The translations under genes were made by a program, and so were the position numbers. The notes under the pieces were generated by a model. The model worked only from the letters and a program-made list of their open reading frames with translations, searched no databases and was not told where the DNA came from. A stretch of DNA of 64,000 nucleotides from an uncultured Thermoleophilia bacterium (GTDB taxonomy: Bacteria > Actinomycetota > Thermoleophilia > UBA2241): assembly GCA_963702475.1 (NCBI GenBank), contig CAVPCT010000005.1, forward strand, positions 448,001 through 512,000. Direction: 5' to 3'. Shown here piece by piece: positions 63,396-64,000 of the stretch (position 1 is its first letter; every line of letters begins with the position of its first letter).

Positions 63396-64000
63396 ATGAA
63401 ACGCTCCCTCTACCGCGAGTACCGCCCGCAGACGTTCGCCGAGCTGGTCGGCCAGGACCACGTGGCGCGCACCCTCAAGAACGCCATCGAGACCGACGCC
63501 GTCGCGCACGCCTACATCTTCTCGGGCCCGCGCGGCACCGGAAAGACGACCACCGCGCGCCTCCTTGCCAAGAGCCTGAACTGCATCGGCCCCGACGGCG
63601 CGCTGGAGCTTCCCACGGCCACCCCCTGCGGCGTCTGCCGCCACTGCCTGACCATCGCGACCGGCACGTCCCTGGACGTCATCGAGATGGACGCCGCCTC
63701 CAACAACAGCGTCGACGACGTGCGCGACCTGCGCGAGAAGATCTCGTACGCCCCTGTGGAGGGACGCCGCAAGGTGTACATCGTGGACGAGGTCCACATG
63801 TTCTCCAACTCGGCGTTCAACGCGCTGCTCAAGACTCTGGAGGAGCCGCCGGCGAACGTCGTGTTCGTGCTCGCCACCACCGAGCCGCACAAGATCCCCG
63901 AGACCATCATCTCCCGCTGCCAGCGCTTCGACTTCCGCCGGCCGCAGGTGCGCGACATCGCCGCCCTGCTGGCGAGCATCGTGGAGCGCGAGAACGGGCG
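63396..64000 (+). CDS. dnaX: DNA polymerase III subunit gamma/tau (truncated by window end)
   Basis: LYREYRPQTFAELVGQ, FSGPRGTGKTT, EMDAASN, VDEVHM, FNALLKTLEEPP, ISRCQRFDF. Confidence 0.96.
   Translation, partial: MKRSLYREYRPQTFAELVGQDHVARTLKNAIETDAVAHAYIFSGPRGTGKTTTARLLAKSLNCIGPDGALELPTATPCGVCRHCLTIATGTSLDVIEMDAASNNSVDDVRDLREKISYAPVEGRRKVYIVDEVHMFSNSAFNALLKTLEEPPANVVFVLATTEPHKIPETIISRCQRFDFRRPQVRDIAALLASIVERENG

Overview
Very GC-rich bacterial chromosome segment, most consistent with an anaerobic member of the Actinomycetota (inference from GC content, TANNNT leaderless promoters and gene content). It opens with the 3' end of a Wood-Ljungdahl acs cluster (acsD-acsC-acsV[frameshifted]-cooC-acsE). 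It also holds three acetyl-CoA/acetate enzymes, cysH-cysD-cysN, ppk2, tadA, ada, cspA, five intact tRNAs, a large Alu-type SRP RNA and the start of dnaX. A ~6.3 kb decayed island sits in tRNA-Ser(CGA), bounded by 60-bp direct repeats, with an integrase remnant and a HIT+HNH pair. Most notable: (1) two tRNA-Ala(TGC) pieces on opposite strands 17 kb apart that join into a perfect 76-nt tRNA through a shared 9-nt core; (2) an FmdB-type zinc-ribbon gene ending C-H-H-G-TGA-G-TGA followed by a SECIS-like hairpin; (3) candidate defence genes in the island; (4) small proteins and gene remnants missed by the ORF track. All calls come from reading the sequence; no searches were run.
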